From positions 1 to 64,000 of the IMG/VR virus record IMGVR_UViG_3300028804_000003: a stretch of 64,000 bases of DNA; one strand, given 5' to 3'. The translations under genes were made by a program, and so were the position numbers. Positions within the stretch are counted from its first letter, which is position 1; each line of letters opens with the position of its first letter. Below the pieces are notes generated by a model. That model was not told the DNA's origin. It did not search any database and saw only the letters and a list, made by a program, of their open reading frames with translations. This document shows, piece after piece, positions 63,842 through 64,000 of the stretch. Source of the DNA: a virus. Lineage: Duplodnaviria; Caudoviricetes.

Positions 63842-64000
63842 TTAGACGCGGTCATGAACGAAATATTCCACTGTCTGGTACTCGCCGGTACGCAGGAACA
63901 TCTCGATGATGTGGTTGTAATTCCAGTTGCCTTCAGAGACAGCTTCGAACCATGCCTTCGGCACCTTGCCTATCCCTGCAAGTCGCATGCCGGGAACCAT
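63842..64000 (-). CDS. 3' part of a gene probably continuing beyond the window
   Basis: Frame open from the window end to TAA at 63842. Confidence 0.4.
   Translation of the reverse strand: MVPGMRLAGIGKVPKAWFEAVSEGNWNYNHIIEMFLRTGEYQTVEYFVHDRV

Noticed and set aside
1-64000. Prophage with integrase/att sites or host chromosomal flanks
   Set aside because: No integrase, repressor or bacterial housekeeping genes recognised; all content is phage-like

Overview
The window is a 64-kb slice of a tailed dsDNA phage genome (siphovirus-type), most likely infecting an alphaproteobacterium. The host inference rests on GTA-like tail genes (DUF2460, BR0599/DUF2163, NlpC/P60, Phage-tail_3), a GapR homologue, CtrA-like boxes and GANTC enrichment. 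Plus strand 1-31.3 kb: small early genes including anti-defence candidates (DUF932-like, ArdA-like acidic protein, HicA-like, sulfotransferase), two related repeat blocks (about 3.5-4.4 kb and 9.1-9.9 kb) that may mark genome termini, two adenine methyltransferases, thyX, primase-helicase, dCMP deaminase, SNF2 helicase, Cas4-like exonuclease, SSB, family A polymerase, RuvC, a nucleotide-metabolism cluster, class II ribonucleotide reductase with an intein, and three tRNAs. Minus strand 31.3-64 kb: lysis genes, two fibre genes, tail, head and packaging genes. The best candidates for undescribed biology are: (i) a MotA/TolQ/ExbB-like three-gene membrane module inside the head-packaging operon whose partner subunit lacks the usual membrane aspartate; (ii) apparent coupling to the host cell cycle (CtrA boxes, a GANTC-dense early segment, GapR); (iii) an early sulfotransferase; (iv) a LAGLIDADG gene fused to a primase C-terminal domain that appears to split a DUF5664 gene. 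Family assignments come from motif recognition by eye, and motif counts were made by hand; no database searches were run.
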